A stretch of DNA of 32,000 bases. Origin: Nitrosospira multiformis ATCC 25196. Lineage in GTDB: Bacteria; Pseudomonadota; Gammaproteobacteria; Burkholderiales; Nitrosomonadaceae. The stretch spans positions 1,290,001-1,322,000 of the forward strand of contig NC_007614.1 of NCBI RefSeq assembly GCF_000196355.1, given 5' to 3'. Below the pieces are notes generated by a model that saw nothing but the letters and a program-made list of their open reading frames with translations, was not told the DNA's origin and did no database searches. Positions 1 through 9,417 of the stretch are shown here, piece by piece (the stretch's first letter is position 1; each line of letters opens with the position of its first letter). Both the position numbers and the translations under genes were made by a program.

Positions 1-141
1 GGAACGCAACAAGCGAGGGGGATATTAAGCGAAGCGTGCTCGACTAATGCACGACATTTGTGAATTTGGCAGGGATGCAGGCAGCGAAAGAATTATGGCA
101 TTTTGCCTCGATTCTTCCGCTGCCTGATGTTCGGGGCTGCC

Positions 142-1587
142 TCAGTTTTCTACTTTTGCAGTTGCGCGCTTGCTGGCGTTTTCCTTGATATAGCTGATAG
201 CCTGAACCAGCAGCAGGTCATCGCTGGAACCGAACTCAGCAGGTGACTCACGCTTCTTGTTCTTGTCTTCCTCGTTCTCGGACTTGACCGGCTTGACTCC
301 CGGTTTTGGCGCGACCTTTGTTTCCGGCACTCCCTTCGCCTCCGTCTCCCGTTTCTGGTCCTCAGCCTTGCCATTGGATAGATGACGATCGAGATCAGCT
401 TCACGCAGGCGCTCGACTTCATCCTTTGCCAATTCATCCATGACATCAGGCGTGATTCCCTTGGCCTGGATGGATTGTCCATTTGGCGTATAGTACCGTG
501 CCGTGGTCAATTTGATAGCTGTGTTGTTTCCCAGCGGTAAAATGGTTTGCACCGAACCTTTACCGAAGGTTTGCGTTCCCATCACGATCGACCGTTTATG
601 ATCCTGCAGCGCGCCGGCAACGATTTCCGAAGCCGAAGCCGAGCCGCCATTTACGAGTGTCACCATCGGTACGGTCTTGATACCCGCTGGGAGCCGCTTG
701 ACGTAGTCGTTCTTCGTATCGCGCAGATAGAACTCGGGACTGGCCTTGAGTTTCATCTTCGCATCTTCGCTACGGCCATCGGTATAGACAACCAGAGAAT
801 CCTCCGGTAAAAAGGCCGCAGATACTGCCACTGCTCCATTCAACAGGCCCCCCGGGTCATTACGCAAGTCCAGCACCAGTCCCTTCATCGAGCCACCGCT
901 TTCCTTGAAAAGCTTATCTATCGCCTTCGCCAGGTTTTCCCCCGTCTGTTCCTGAAACTGGGTGATACGAATATATCCGTAGCCAGGCTCGATCATTTTC
1001 GACTTCACGCTTTGTATCCTGATGACGGCGCGAACCAGTGGGAACACAATCGGCTTGGCCTCGCCCTTGCGCACGACGGTAAGGGTAATAGGCGTATCGG
1101 GCTTGCCGCGCATGCGCTTGATGGCCTCCGTAAGCGAGAGCCCCTTGACCGCGGTATCGTCCAGCTTGATGATAAGATCTCCGGGTTTTATCCCGGCGCG
1201 GAAGGCGGGCGTATCCTCGATAGGAGAAATGACCTTGACAAATCCGTCTTCCATGCTCACTTCGATGCCCAGGCCCCCGAACTCACCCTGAGTGCCAATC
1301 TGCAGCTCCTTGAAAGCATCTGCATCCAGATAGGCGGAATGGGGATCGAGGCCTGTCAGCATGCCATTGATGGCTTCAGTGATGAGCTTTTTGTCTTCTA
1401 CCGGTTCGACGTAATCATTTTTTATCCGGCCGAACACTTCTGTGAAGGCCCGAAGCTCCTCCACCGGAAGGGGATGCAGGACCCCCTGCGGTTCCTTATT
1501 GGCAACAGCAGAAAAATTGAGGCTCAGCATCACGCCGGCGATTGCACCGAAAATGACGAGGCCGAACTGCCGCATTTTGTCGCCCAT
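142..1587 (-). CDS. ctpA: Carboxy-terminal processing (tail-specific) protease, S41 family, periplasmic
   Basis: The 487-aa track ORF has an N-terminal hydrophobic signal/anchor. A PDZ-like segment follows (GIEV..GFVKVISPIEDTPAFRAGIKPGDLIIKLDD). The S41 core carries GSASASEI (Ser) and TFGKGSVQ (Lys). I moved the start to ATG 1587, which has GGAGA 7 nt upstream; ATG 1575 is an alternative. Confidence 0.9.
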   Translation of the reverse strand: MGDKMRQFGLVIFGAIAGVMLSLNFSAVANKEPQGVLHPLPVEELRAFTEVFGRIKNDYVEPVEDKKLITEAINGMLTGLDPHSAYLDADAFKELQIGTQGEFGGLGIEVSMEDGFVKVISPIEDTPAFRAGIKPGDLIIKLDDTAVKGLSLTEAIKRMRGKPDTPITLTVVRKGEAKPIVFPLVRAVIRIQSVKSKMIEPGYGYIRITQFQEQTGENLAKAIDKLFKESGGSMKGLVLDLRNDPGGLLNGAVAVSAAFLPEDSLVVYTDGRSEDAKMKLKASPEFYLRDTKNDYVKRLPAGIKTVPMVTLVNGGSASASEIVAGALQDHKRSIVMGTQTFGKGSVQTILPLGNNTAIKLTTARYYTPNGQSIQAKGITPDVMDELAKDEVERLREADLDRHLSNGKAEDQKRETEAKGVPETKVAPKPGVKPVKSENEEDKNKKRESPAEFGSSDDLLLVQAISYIKENASKRATAKVEN

Positions 1588-1623
1588 TAAATATTCTCCA
1601 AACAAGTCAAATTGTTGCTTAGA

Positions 1624-2904
1624 TCATTTTATTCTGACCCAGTTCAAAGGGTCAAACGGTTTGCCCTGATGGCGCAATTCGAAGTATAGGCCGGTATCGG
1701 AATTTCCACTGCTATTGCCTACTGTGGCTATCGTCTCTCCGGCATTGATCACGTCTCCCACCCGCTTATGGACTGCTTCATTATTTCCATAAAGACTCAT
1801 ATAGTTGTCGCCGTGGTCCAGAATCATCAGGTTGCCGAACCCTCTGAGCCAGTCGGCGAATACGACGCGTCCATTTGCAATCGCCTTCACACTCTCGCCG
1901 CCAGCGGCGCGGATGAACAACCCTTTCCAGGTAACGCCACCATCTGCACGTGGACTGCCGAAGCGGTTTGCAAGTTCCCCGCGCACCGGTGAATTCAGGT
2001 GGCCGCGAAGGGAGGAGAAGGACGTTCCATTCGTGAATGGCGTCGCATTCTCAGATAAATCGGGGGAACCGCTGTTGCTGGCAGGAGTAGGGGGTGCGCC
2101 TGGCTCGGAAGGTTTTTCAGATGATTCGAATTTCTTTTTCTTCGCAAGCATCCTGGTAAGTTTTTCCACCAGCCTGGTGAGGCGGTCTTCATTACGCCTG
2201 AGGCGGTTGATTTCGCGCCGCTGCTCTTCGGCTTGCAGTGATATTTCTGCCAGAAGCTTCGCATGGCTGTCTTTTTGTTGTTCGAGCTGTATTTTCTGCT
2301 CAGCGTGGCGTGCATGCACACCCGAGATCTCCGCGCTTTTTTCCCGGCTGGCGAGGCTGAGCGTATTGAGCTTCTCAAGATTCGCACGCAGGCCATCGAT
2401 ACCTTCCTTGCGAGCGCGTGAGAAATATTCGTAATAGTGGAGATTGCGGGCTATTTCATTAGGATTCCGCTGGCTCAACAAGAGACTCAAGTACTCTTTT
2501 CGTCCGCCTCCGGCGATATAGAGCCCGTAAAGCAGGTTCCTCAACTGCAGTTGCTGCGCAGCTATTTCCTTCTTGATCTGGGCCGACTGCGCTTTCAGTT
2601 GACCAAGCTTGCTGTTCGCGGCACGCCGCTGCTTGGCGAGTTCCGCAAGCCTCCGGTTAGCGACATCGATCGCTTTTTCCGATTCGCGCAGCGCTCCCGC
2701 CGCTTCGGATCTGTATCCCTCCGTATCCGTGAGTTCCTTTTCCAGCGTCTCGATCTTGTTTCTCAGTTGTTTCAACTCTTCACTATCGGATGGCTCTGCG
2801 GTCACAGGTGCTTGCCACATCAAGAGTAAGAGCGCACACGCAGGGATAAACGTACGGCAGACCTTGAGCCAGAGATGAATACGGATTGAGGCTGAAATTT
2901 TCAA
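1624..2904 (-). CDS. envC: EnvC-like murein hydrolase activator (coiled coil plus degenerate LytM/M23 domain)
   Basis: It has a signal peptide, then about 250 aa of Q/E/K/L/R-rich coiled coil, then a C-terminal LytM domain (ILDHGDNYMSLYGNN...GLYFELRHQGKPFDPLNW). The usual HxH metal ligands are replaced (GLY instead of HLH), as in non-catalytic EnvC-type activators. Its position between gpmA and ctpA fits known synteny. Confidence 0.8.
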   Translation of the reverse strand: MKISASIRIHLWLKVCRTFIPACALLLLMWQAPVTAEPSDSEELKQLRNKIETLEKELTDTEGYRSEAAGALRESEKAIDVANRRLAELAKQRRAANSKLGQLKAQSAQIKKEIAAQQLQLRNLLYGLYIAGGGRKEYLSLLLSQRNPNEIARNLHYYEYFSRARKEGIDGLRANLEKLNTLSLASREKSAEISGVHARHAEQKIQLEQQKDSHAKLLAEISLQAEEQRREINRLRRNEDRLTRLVEKLTRMLAKKKKFESSEKPSEPGAPPTPASNSGSPDLSENATPFTNGTSFSSLRGHLNSPVRGELANRFGSPRADGGVTWKGLFIRAAGGESVKAIANGRVVFADWLRGFGNLMILDHGDNYMSLYGNNEAVHKRVGDVINAGETIATVGNSSGNSDTGLYFELRHQGKPFDPLNWVRIK

Positions 2905-3047
2905 ACGTATCGAGCGTGAGCAGATCCTACGCCATCAAGCAGTGGGATGAGAAGGAAAAGGCAGCCGGACCAGAAGTCAGAGAGTATGCGTATAAAGAAC
3001 AGGCACGGCAAGTACGGCAATAGGAAAAACAGAGATTAAACCAAAAG

Positions 3048-3803
3048 TTAAAGGTTGGGCAGAATTTTTCCCTGATTCGCGACGACCTGCATGGCCTGCT
3101 CGATTTTTGCCTGGTCTCCGAGATAATAGCTGCGGATTGGTTTCAGGCCGTCGTCAAGCTCATATACGAGCGGAATGCCGGTCGGAATATTGAGCTCCAT
3201 GATTTCCCCTTCGGAAAGGTTGTCAAGATACATGACGAGGGCCCGGAGCGAATTTCCATGCGCGGTGATGAGCACGCTTTTGTCACTTTTGACCTGGGGA
3301 GCAATGCTTTCACGCCAATAGGGCAGAAACCGTGACACGGTATCCTGCAGGCACTCGGTAAGGGGAATATCCTGCTTTGGCAAGTTCCGGTAGCGAGGGT
3401 CGCATCCCGGGTACCGGGGATCATCGGGAGTGAGGGCGGGGGGGCGAATATCGTAACTTCGCCGCCAGATCAATACCTGCTCTTCACCATATGCAACTGC
3501 AGTTTCAAGTTTGTTCAGGCCTTGCAGCGCCCCATAATGACGCTCATTCAGCCGCCACGATGATTCGACGGGAATCCACATCTGATCCATTTCATCCAGC
3601 ACGATCCATAATGTGCGAATGGCGCGCTTCAGTACCGAAGTATAGGCGATATCGAAGGTGAATCCGGCTTCCCGCAGCAGGCGTCCGGAATTGTGGGCCT
3701 CCTCCGCTCCTTTTGGAGTTAAGTCCACGTCTGTCCAGCCCGTAAAGCGATTCTCCTTGTTCCAGGTACTTTCTCCATGTCGCAGGAGAACGAGTTTTTT
3801 CAT
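3048..3803 (-). CDS. gpmA: 2,3-bisphosphoglycerate-dependent phosphoglycerate mutase
   Basis: It has the N-terminal [10 protein letters not shown] phosphohistidine motif and a second His motif, [11 protein letters not shown]. At 251 aa it is typical dPGM length. Confidence 0.93.
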   Translation of the reverse strand: MKKLVLLRHGESTWNKENRFTGWTDVDLTPKGAEEAHNSGRLLREAGFTFDIAYTSVLKRAIRTLWIVLDEMDQMWIPVESSWRLNERHYGALQGLNKLETAVAYGEEQVLIWRRSYDIRPPALTPDDPRYPGCDPRYRNLPKQDIPLTECLQDTVSRFLPYWRESIAPQVKSDKSVLITAHGNSLRALVMYLDNLSEGEIMELNIPTGIPLVYELDDGLKPIRSYYLGDQAKIEQAMQVVANQGKILPNL

Positions 3804-4090
3804 GTTCTTGGGTAGATAAGATTTTCCGCGACGGGAAAACTTTAAATTTTACCGTATTTTCGATACTACCGCAGCAGCCTGGCCAACTGTCACCTCTACA
3901 GGACGACTCGCCCGCATCTCCGCTGGACCAGGATTCTTCCACACCTGTTCCGCGGGGGGGCGCAAACGCGAACAAAGACTGAAAAAAGGAACGGAGCGGG
4001 AGAATTCCGTACGCCTTCTGTCTCTGATAGAATAGTTGGATACGAAAGTCAAGGAAACAAGAGACTAAAGAAGGTATTTTTAGGAGATTT

Positions 4091-4120
4091 GGTGTGTCAT
4101 CATTCGGTGTGTCATCATTC
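4091..4120. repeat. Perfect 15-bp tandem duplication (GGTGTGTCATCATTC x2) spanning the start of the rhodanese-like gene
   Basis: Read directly: 4091-4105 is identical to 4106-4120. It is in frame, giving VSSFG-VSSF at the N-terminus, and it duplicates the GTG start codon (4094 and 4109). Confidence 0.95.
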
Positions 4121-4519
4121 GTGCAGAATAACATTGCCCTGATTGTTGCTGCTGTGGCGAGCGGTATCCTGCTGTTATGGCCGGTGATTTCGCGGCGTGG
4201 CAAGGAAGTGGATACGATGGCAGCGGTACAGCTCATCAATTACAAGGAGGCGCTGGTGCTGGATGTACGCGAAGGGAGCGAATATGCGTCGGGGCATGTT
4301 CCCAATTCAAAGCATATTCCAGCCGACAAGCTCGAACAGCGGTTGCAGGAGTTGGATAAATTCAAGGACAAGCCGGTGATATTGATCCATCGCAGTGGAG
4401 CCAATACCAGCGGGAAGGCGGGTTCCCTTCTGAGGAACCAGGGTTTCCAGCACGTGCACAACCTTGCAGGTGGTTTTGATTCCTGGCAGCAGGCCAATTT
4501 GCCGGTAATAAAAAAATGA
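4094..4519 (+). CDS. Membrane-anchored rhodanese-like domain protein (YibN-like), lacking the canonical active-site Cys
   Basis: AGGAG lies 7 nt upstream of GTG 4094. An N-terminal TM helix (IALIVAAVASGILLLWPVI) is followed by a rhodanese fold (LVLDVRE..EYASGHVPNSKHIP...KPVILIHRSGANTS). The loop where C-R-S-G-x-R is expected reads H-R-S-G-A-N. The gene sits directly upstream of grxC-secB-gpsA, as yibN does in E. coli. Confidence 0.75.
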   Translation: MSSFGVSSFVQNNIALIVAAVASGILLLWPVISRRGKEVDTMAAVQLINYKEALVLDVREGSEYASGHVPNSKHIPADKLEQRLQELDKFKDKPVILIHRSGANTSGKAGSLLRNQGFQHVHNLAGGFDSWQQANLPVIKK

Positions 4520-4785
4520 GCGAGGGATCTGCAAAGGTATTGATGTATTCCACCGGTTTCTGCCCGTATTGTGTCATGGCGGAACGGTTGCTGCGAGCCA
4601 GGGGCGTGGAGGAAATAGAAAAAATACGGGTGGATCTTGAACCCGCACGCCGGGCGGAGATGATGGAGAAAACCGGACGTCGCACGGTTCCACAGATCTA
4701 CATTGGCGATACGCATGTAGGCGGTTACGACGATCTGGCGAGGCTCGACCGCAATGAAGGGCTGGCAAAGCTCCTCGCAATATGA
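4516..4785 (+). CDS. grxC: Glutaredoxin 3
   Basis: It has a CPYC active site and TVPQIYIG...GGYDD glutathione-binding motifs, and is 89 aa. Its start overlaps the upstream stop in ATGA. Confidence 0.92.
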   Translation: MSEGSAKVLMYSTGFCPYCVMAERLLRARGVEEIEKIRVDLEPARRAEMMEKTGRRTVPQIYIGDTHVGGYDDLARLDRNEGLAKLLAI

Positions 4786-4936
4786 GCTGCCTCTCGAAAA
4801 GGGTGAGGCGGCGAGGGGGGTCGCAGCAGATTTGAGCAGATGGGAATACCTTTTGTGAACAATTTTATTTCCGGGGATGATGATTTCGGATTAATGTTCA
4901 CCTGGTTCATAGTTTTATCATTCTTTGGAACCCGAC

Positions 4937-5416
4937 ATGAGCGATGAGCAGCAGCAACCGGTTTTCAGCATCGAAAAGGTCTATGTCAAAGACCTTTCTG
5001 TTGAAATACCAAACGCGCCCAGAATATACCTGGAGCGCGAGACACCTGAAGTGAACATCCAACTGCACAGCAAGAGCGAGCGCATCGATGAAACCTTGTA
5101 TGAGGTCGTGCTGACAACGACCGTCACCGCAAAAATCAAGGACAAGACGATGTTTCTGGTGGAGATACAGCAAGGAGGTGTTTTTCAGATTCGTCATGTT
5201 CCGGAAGCTGAAATGGAGCTTGTGCTCGGTATTGCATGCCCAAATATTCTCTTCCCCTATCTGCGCGAGGCAGTTTCGGATACTGTAACGCGCGCGGGAT
5301 TTCATCCGGTCATTTTGAATCCGGTGAATTTCGAGGCACTTTACTACCAGAGAAAGCAGCAGACGGAGAATTCGGCGGCGCCGCAGACTCCGGAGACACA
5401 GCAAATCACGCATTAG
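4937..5416 (+). CDS. secB: Protein-export chaperone SecB
   Basis: SecB-like sequence is present (VFSIEKVYVKDLSVE.P; LGIACPNILFPYLREAVSD.VTRAGFHPV.LNPVNFEALY) with a Q/E-rich C-terminal tail. The first ATG is at 4937; the track ORF begins at TTG 4925. Confidence 0.9.
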   Translation: MSDEQQQPVFSIEKVYVKDLSVEIPNAPRIYLERETPEVNIQLHSKSERIDETLYEVVLTTTVTAKIKDKTMFLVEIQQGGVFQIRHVPEAEMELVLGIACPNILFPYLREAVSDTVTRAGFHPVILNPVNFEALYYQRKQQTENSAAPQTPETQQITH

Positions 5417-5423
5417 AATAAAG

Positions 5424-5912
5424 ATGAGGCGTGTGCGCGGTTCATCGCTGAAAATATCCTCCTTGCTGAGCCGGGGACTGGCCATCCTCGGAATGACGGT
5501 GTCGATGTTTCCATCGCTCGCCATTGCGGCGCTGGAGTTTTATTCGATCAATGACAATGGGGTCATCATGTATGACGCCCCATCACTCAAGGCGGGGAAG
5601 GTCTATGTGGCCAGCCGCAATCTGCCTGTTGAGGCTATCGTAAAAGTCGACGGATGGGTAAAGGTTCGCGACAGTGAAGGAGCGCTCGCCTGGGTAGAAG
5701 AAAAAGCCCTGAGCGAGAAGCGCCATATCCTCGTTACCTCACCGCTGGCGGATGTCTATCAGGTAGCAACTATCAATTCGCCCCTGATGTTCCAGGTACA
5801 GCAAGGTGTAATCCTGGAGTGGCTTGAGCCCCCGGCCAACGGATGGGTGAGGGTGCGGCATCGCGACGGTCAAACCGGGTACGTCAGGACCAGTCAGGTC
5901 TGGGGTTCATGA
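5424..5912 (+). CDS. Secreted bacterial SH3-domain protein (two SH3_3-like repeats)
   Basis: It has a signal peptide ending ..SLAIA-AL. Two repeats of the pattern G(W)V(K/R)VR..DG..G(W/Y)V follow (DGWVKVRDSEGALAWV and NGWVRVRHRDGQTGYV). Its stop overlaps the gpsA start in ATGA. The exact start is uncertain. Confidence 0.6.
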   Translation: MRRVRGSSLKISSLLSRGLAILGMTVSMFPSLAIAALEFYSINDNGVIMYDAPSLKAGKVYVASRNLPVEAIVKVDGWVKVRDSEGALAWVEEKALSEKRHILVTSPLADVYQVATINSPLMFQVQQGVILEWLEPPANGWVRVRHRDGQTGYVRTSQVWGS

Positions 5913-6910
5913 GAATAGCGGTGATGGGAGCCGGCGCATGGGGCACCGCGCTGGCTCTCAGTCTTTGTGCAAGCACCGCCTCTTCCCATCAGGTGACATT
6001 ATGGACACGCAGCCGCCAACATCTGGCCGATCTCGTTTCACAGCGTATCAATCGCCGCTATTTTTCCGCTTTTCCCTTACCGGCATCATTGCGGTTGACC
6101 GCAGGGCTCGAAGAGGCTGTCGAGGACGCCGAACTCGCCCTGATCGTTGTGCCGGTTTCCGGTTTGCGCGAAACTTTGCGGGAAATTGCAGCAAGCGGGA
6201 AGAAGATCCCTGTCATCTGGGGATGCAAGGGATTTGAATCGCAATCGGCAAAGCTGCCGCATCAGGTGGCCGAGGAGGAGTATGCCGGAGCCGCGCCATA
6301 TGGCGTTCTATCGGGTCCCAGTTTTGCGCTTGAAATCGCGCAAGGCTTGCCCGCGGCCTTGACTCTTGCCTCCAGGGATGGGGAATTCGCACGAGAGGTA
6401 GCGGCGCAACTGCACGCTCCGCGGCTGCGGGTTTATTCTTGTACCGATGTAGTGGGTGTGGAAACGGGGGGCGCAGTCAAGAACGTCATATCGATTGCCG
6501 CAGGCATTTGCGACGGCATGGGATTCGGGTCCAACGCCCGGGCGGCCTTGATCACCCGTGGCCTTGCGGAAATTACCCGATTGGGTTTAAAACTGGGGGG
6601 ACGCATGGAGACCTTCCTGGGTTTGACCGGGGTGGGTGATCTGATATTGACCTGCACTGGGGATTTGTCGCGCAATCGCCGGGTTGGGCTGGCACTCGCG
6701 GCGGGTCGCTCCCTCCCCGACATTCTGCAGGAACTGGGGCATATCGCCGAAGGTGTCCACACCGCCCGGGAGGTATTGCGATTAAGTCACCTGCTGGGCA
6801 TTGAAATGCCGATCACAAAGGGGGTTTGCAGTATACTGGATGACGGTGTTCCGGCTGGGCAGGCAGTAGAAGCGTTGCTCAATCGTGAACCGAAATCGGA
6901 AATCTATTGA
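5909..6910 (+). CDS. gpsA: NAD(P)H-dependent glycerol-3-phosphate dehydrogenase
   Basis: From ATG 5909 it reads MRIAVMGAGAWGTALA (Rossmann GxGxxG). GPSFA.E and NxRxG-type motifs are also present (LSRNRRVGLAL). The upstream 22 codons of the track ORF overlap the SH3 gene and are rejected. Confidence 0.92.
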   Translation: MRIAVMGAGAWGTALALSLCASTASSHQVTLWTRSRQHLADLVSQRINRRYFSAFPLPASLRLTAGLEEAVEDAELALIVVPVSGLRETLREIAASGKKIPVIWGCKGFESQSAKLPHQVAEEEYAGAAPYGVLSGPSFALEIAQGLPAALTLASRDGEFAREVAAQLHAPRLRVYSCTDVVGVETGGAVKNVISIAAGICDGMGFGSNARAALITRGLAEITRLGLKLGGRMETFLGLTGVGDLILTCTGDLSRNRRVGLALAAGRSLPDILQELGHIAEGVHTAREVLRLSHLLGIEMPITKGVCSILDDGVPAGQAVEALLNREPKSEIY

Positions 6911-6965
6911 GCGGATCGAAAGACATAGAGAAGACAGTACCTCAACACATTCAACTCCTCCGGCG

Positions 6966-7427
6966 CTATGCGAATCCCGTCTGGCGCCATGCCTCATAGA
7001 CTATCACCGCAACGGCATTCGATAGATTGAGACTGCGGCTTCCCGCTGCCATCGGTACGCGAAGGCGGTGCTGCTCAGGGAAATTTTCCAGTAGATCAGT
7101 TGGCAGGCCGCGGCTTTCAGGGCCGAAAAGAAAGGCGTCACCAGGCGAATAGGTAACAAGGTCATAGCGTTGTTTTCCCTTGGTGGAAATTGCAAAAAAG
7201 CGTCTGTCCCTGTCCCCGAGCTCGTCCATACATTCTACCCAGTCTGCATGCACCGTGATACTGGCAAACTCGTGATAATCCAGTCCGGCACGAAGCAGTA
7301 GTTTGTCTTCCAGGGTAAAGCCGAGGGGCTTGACCAGATGTAAGCGGATGCCTGTATTAGCGCAAAGGCGAATGATATTGCCGGTATTGGGTGGAATCTC
7401 GGGTTGATACAGAATTACGTCGAACAT
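6966..7427 (-). CDS. trmL: tRNA (cytidine/uridine-2'-O-)-methyltransferase TrmL (SpoU/TrmH family)
   Basis: It is 153 aa, starts MFDVILYQPEIPPNTGNIIRLCANTG, and has a SPOUT-knot C-terminal region (SLNLSNAVAVIVYEAWRQ). Confidence 0.88.
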   Translation of the reverse strand: MFDVILYQPEIPPNTGNIIRLCANTGIRLHLVKPLGFTLEDKLLLRAGLDYHEFASITVHADWVECMDELGDRDRRFFAISTKGKQRYDLVTYSPGDAFLFGPESRGLPTDLLENFPEQHRLRVPMAAGSRSLNLSNAVAVIVYEAWRQTGFA

Positions 7428-7465
7428 ATTGATTCTGTCTTACATGTTGTTTTTATGGAATGTTT

Positions 7466-8137
7466 TTATGGAGTGCCGGGAAGCGTGCGTGCGACTACCC
7501 ACGCGCTGATATGAACGGCGCCGCATTTACGCAGTACTCTGGCCAACTCGTTCAACGTTGCGCCCGTGGTCATTACATCATCGACGATTGCAATATGCTT
7601 TCCGTCTAAGTTCTCCTCGCAGTCAAACGCATTTCGAATATTTTTTTCTCGCTCCTTCCACGGAAGCCGGGTCTGGGAAGCCGTATCCCTGACGCGACGA
7701 CATAGCGCGGGCAGCAGGGGAACATCCAGTTTTTTCGATATCTGCCGGCCTATCTCCATCGCCTGGTTGAAACCCCGTTCCCGCAATCTTACCGCGTGTA
7801 ATGGCATCGGGACGATGAAATCCGGTAATACAGCCTTGTCGATCTGCGCCAGCAGCAAATCTGCCAGGACCGGTGCCAAGGCAAGATTAGTCCGGTATTT
7901 GAGTGAGTGGAGAAGCGCATCGATCGGAAAGGCATAATTTACAGCGGCGAGCGTAAGATCAAAGGCCGGGGGATGAGCAAGGCAGGCACCGCAGACACGG
8001 GCTTCCTCCATGGGTAACGCGCAAACCGGGCAGTGAGGGCCTGAAATATGAGGCAGGCTGTCCCGGCAAGGCGTGCAAAGGTCTTCAGTAGCGGCGCTTC
8101 CACAGAGGAAGCAATTTCTCCCGAATAACAACTGCAC
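7466..8137 (-). CDS. comF: ComF family protein (phosphoribosyltransferase domain with N-terminal zinc ribbon)
   Basis: It has paired CxxC motifs (CFLCG...CTPC; CPVC...CGAC) and a PRTase motif, HIAIVDDVMTTGATL. The start is uncertain. I use GTG 8137 because the longer track ORF (to 8185) would run through the bio promoter. Confidence 0.75.
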   Translation of the reverse strand: MQLLFGRNCFLCGSAATEDLCTPCRDSLPHISGPHCPVCALPMEEARVCGACLAHPPAFDLTLAAVNYAFPIDALLHSLKYRTNLALAPVLADLLLAQIDKAVLPDFIVPMPLHAVRLRERGFNQAMEIGRQISKKLDVPLLPALCRRVRDTASQTRLPWKEREKNIRNAFDCEENLDGKHIAIVDDVMTTGATLNELARVLRKCGAVHISAWVVARTLPGTP

Positions 8138-8175
8138 TATTTTTAAGCGATAGTTCAAAAAAATCGAGCAAAAAA

Positions 8176-8204
8176 TTGACAACAACGGCGCAATTTGTGA
8201 TTAT
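8176..8204 (+). promoter_or_regulatory. Candidate sigma70 promoter of the bio operon (TTGACA-17 nt-GATTAT with an extended -10 TGT)
   Basis: Read directly: TTGACA at 8176-8181, a 17-nt spacer ending TGT, and GATTAT at 8199-8204. It lies about 110 nt upstream of the bioB ATG. Confidence 0.5.
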
Positions 8205-8230
8205 GCCATTCGCTACTAAAGACGAGGCGG

Positions 8231-8259
8231 GAAAATGAGAGCCATTTGGCTTTCATTTC
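8231..8259. promoter_or_regulatory. Imperfect 13/14-bp inverted repeat in the bioB leader (GAAAATGAGAGCCA-TT-TGGCTTTCATTTC)
   Basis: Read directly. It sits just downstream of the predicted -10, so it could be an operator or a leader hairpin. It does not match the E. coli-type bioO half-site as I remember it. Confidence 0.3.
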
Positions 8260-8314
8260 GTTTATCGTGAACAGGGTTCAGACAAATCGATTGTCAAACA
8301 TTGAAGGGTAGGAT

Positions 8315-9343
8315 ATGAGCCAATCAGCTTCCGGTATCGTCAACATTGAAACGTCTTCGGGCGGAGCAGTCGACAGTTTCGCTGACAAACTTTCCGGCAT
8401 CAGTGCTGATTTTCGGCGGTGGGACGTTCGCCGCGTCGAAGCGTTGCTCGATCTGCCGTTCAGCGATCTGATTCATCGGGCGCAACTGGTTCATCGTCAA
8501 TATCACGATCCCAACGGAGTGCAACTTTCCACACTGATTTCCGTCAAGACCGGGGGGTGTCCTGAGGATTGCGGATATTGTCCGCAGGCGGCGCGCTATC
8601 ATACGAATGTGGAAAATCAGGACATGCTCACGGTTGAAGACGTGATAGCAGCAGCGGCAGCCGCCAAAGCGCAGGGGGCCACGCGGTTTTGCATGGGCGC
8701 AGCGTGGCGCGGTCCCAAGGAGCGGGATATGAAAAGCGTGGTGGAAATGGTGAGGGCTGTAAAAGCGTTGGGGCTTGAAGCGTGCACGACGTTGGGCATG
8801 TTGAAGCCGGGACAGGCGGAACAGCTCCAAGAGGCGGGTCTCGACTATTACAACCATAACCTCGATACGTCACCCGAATTTTACGGGGAGATCATTACAA
8901 CCCGCGATTACGAGGATCGGCTCGACACCTTGCAAAAGGTTCGTCATGCGGGTATCAATGTGTGCTGTGGAGGCATTGTGGGCATGGGCGAATCGCGTCG
9001 CGCCCGGGCTGGACTCATCGCCCAGTTGGCTAATCTCGATCCTTATCCCGAGTCCGTTCCCATCAACCATCTGGTGCAGGTCGAAGGCACGCCGCTTCAC
9101 GGGACAGAGGCGCTGGATCCTCTGGAATTCGTGCGCACGATTGCGGCTGCGCGCATTACCATGCCGAAGGCAATGGTAAGGTTATCAGCCGGCAGGAGAG
9201 AAATGCCGGATGCAGTGCAGGCACTGTGTTTTCTCGCTGGCGCCAATTCCATTTTTTACGGCGATAAGCTGCTTACTACCGGCAATCCTGAAGCCGAACG
9301 GGATAAAGCGTTATTTGACAGGCTGGGGCTGCATTCCATATAG
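8315..9343 (+). CDS. bioB: Biotin synthase (radical SAM)
   Basis: It has the radical-SAM CxxxCxxC motif ([10 protein letters not shown]), [12 protein letters not shown], and is 342 aa. Confidence 0.95.
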
Positions 9344-9417
9344 CAGCTTTTCACCTCGATCTTCTTTATTTTCCACTACCCTGCGGCAAATGATCTTATC
9401 GGGCAACCTCTGCTCGT

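Noticed and set aside
1012-1590. A 192-aa plus-strand ORF, with other ORFs nested in 142-1605.
   Set aside because: It is antisense to the well-supported ctpA gene, has a low-complexity Arg/Gly/Ala-type composition, and no motif. It is a typical shadow ORF.
3592-4239. A 215-aa minus-strand ORF spanning the gpmA 5' end, the intergenic region and the yibN-like start.
   Set aside because: It overlaps two well-supported genes and a promoter region. Its NDDTPNDDTPN segment is just the reverse reading of the 15-bp duplication.
5843-5908. An N-terminal extension of the gpsA track ORF.
   Set aside because: It overlaps the SH3-protein gene. The canonical Rossmann N-terminus begins at ATG 5909.
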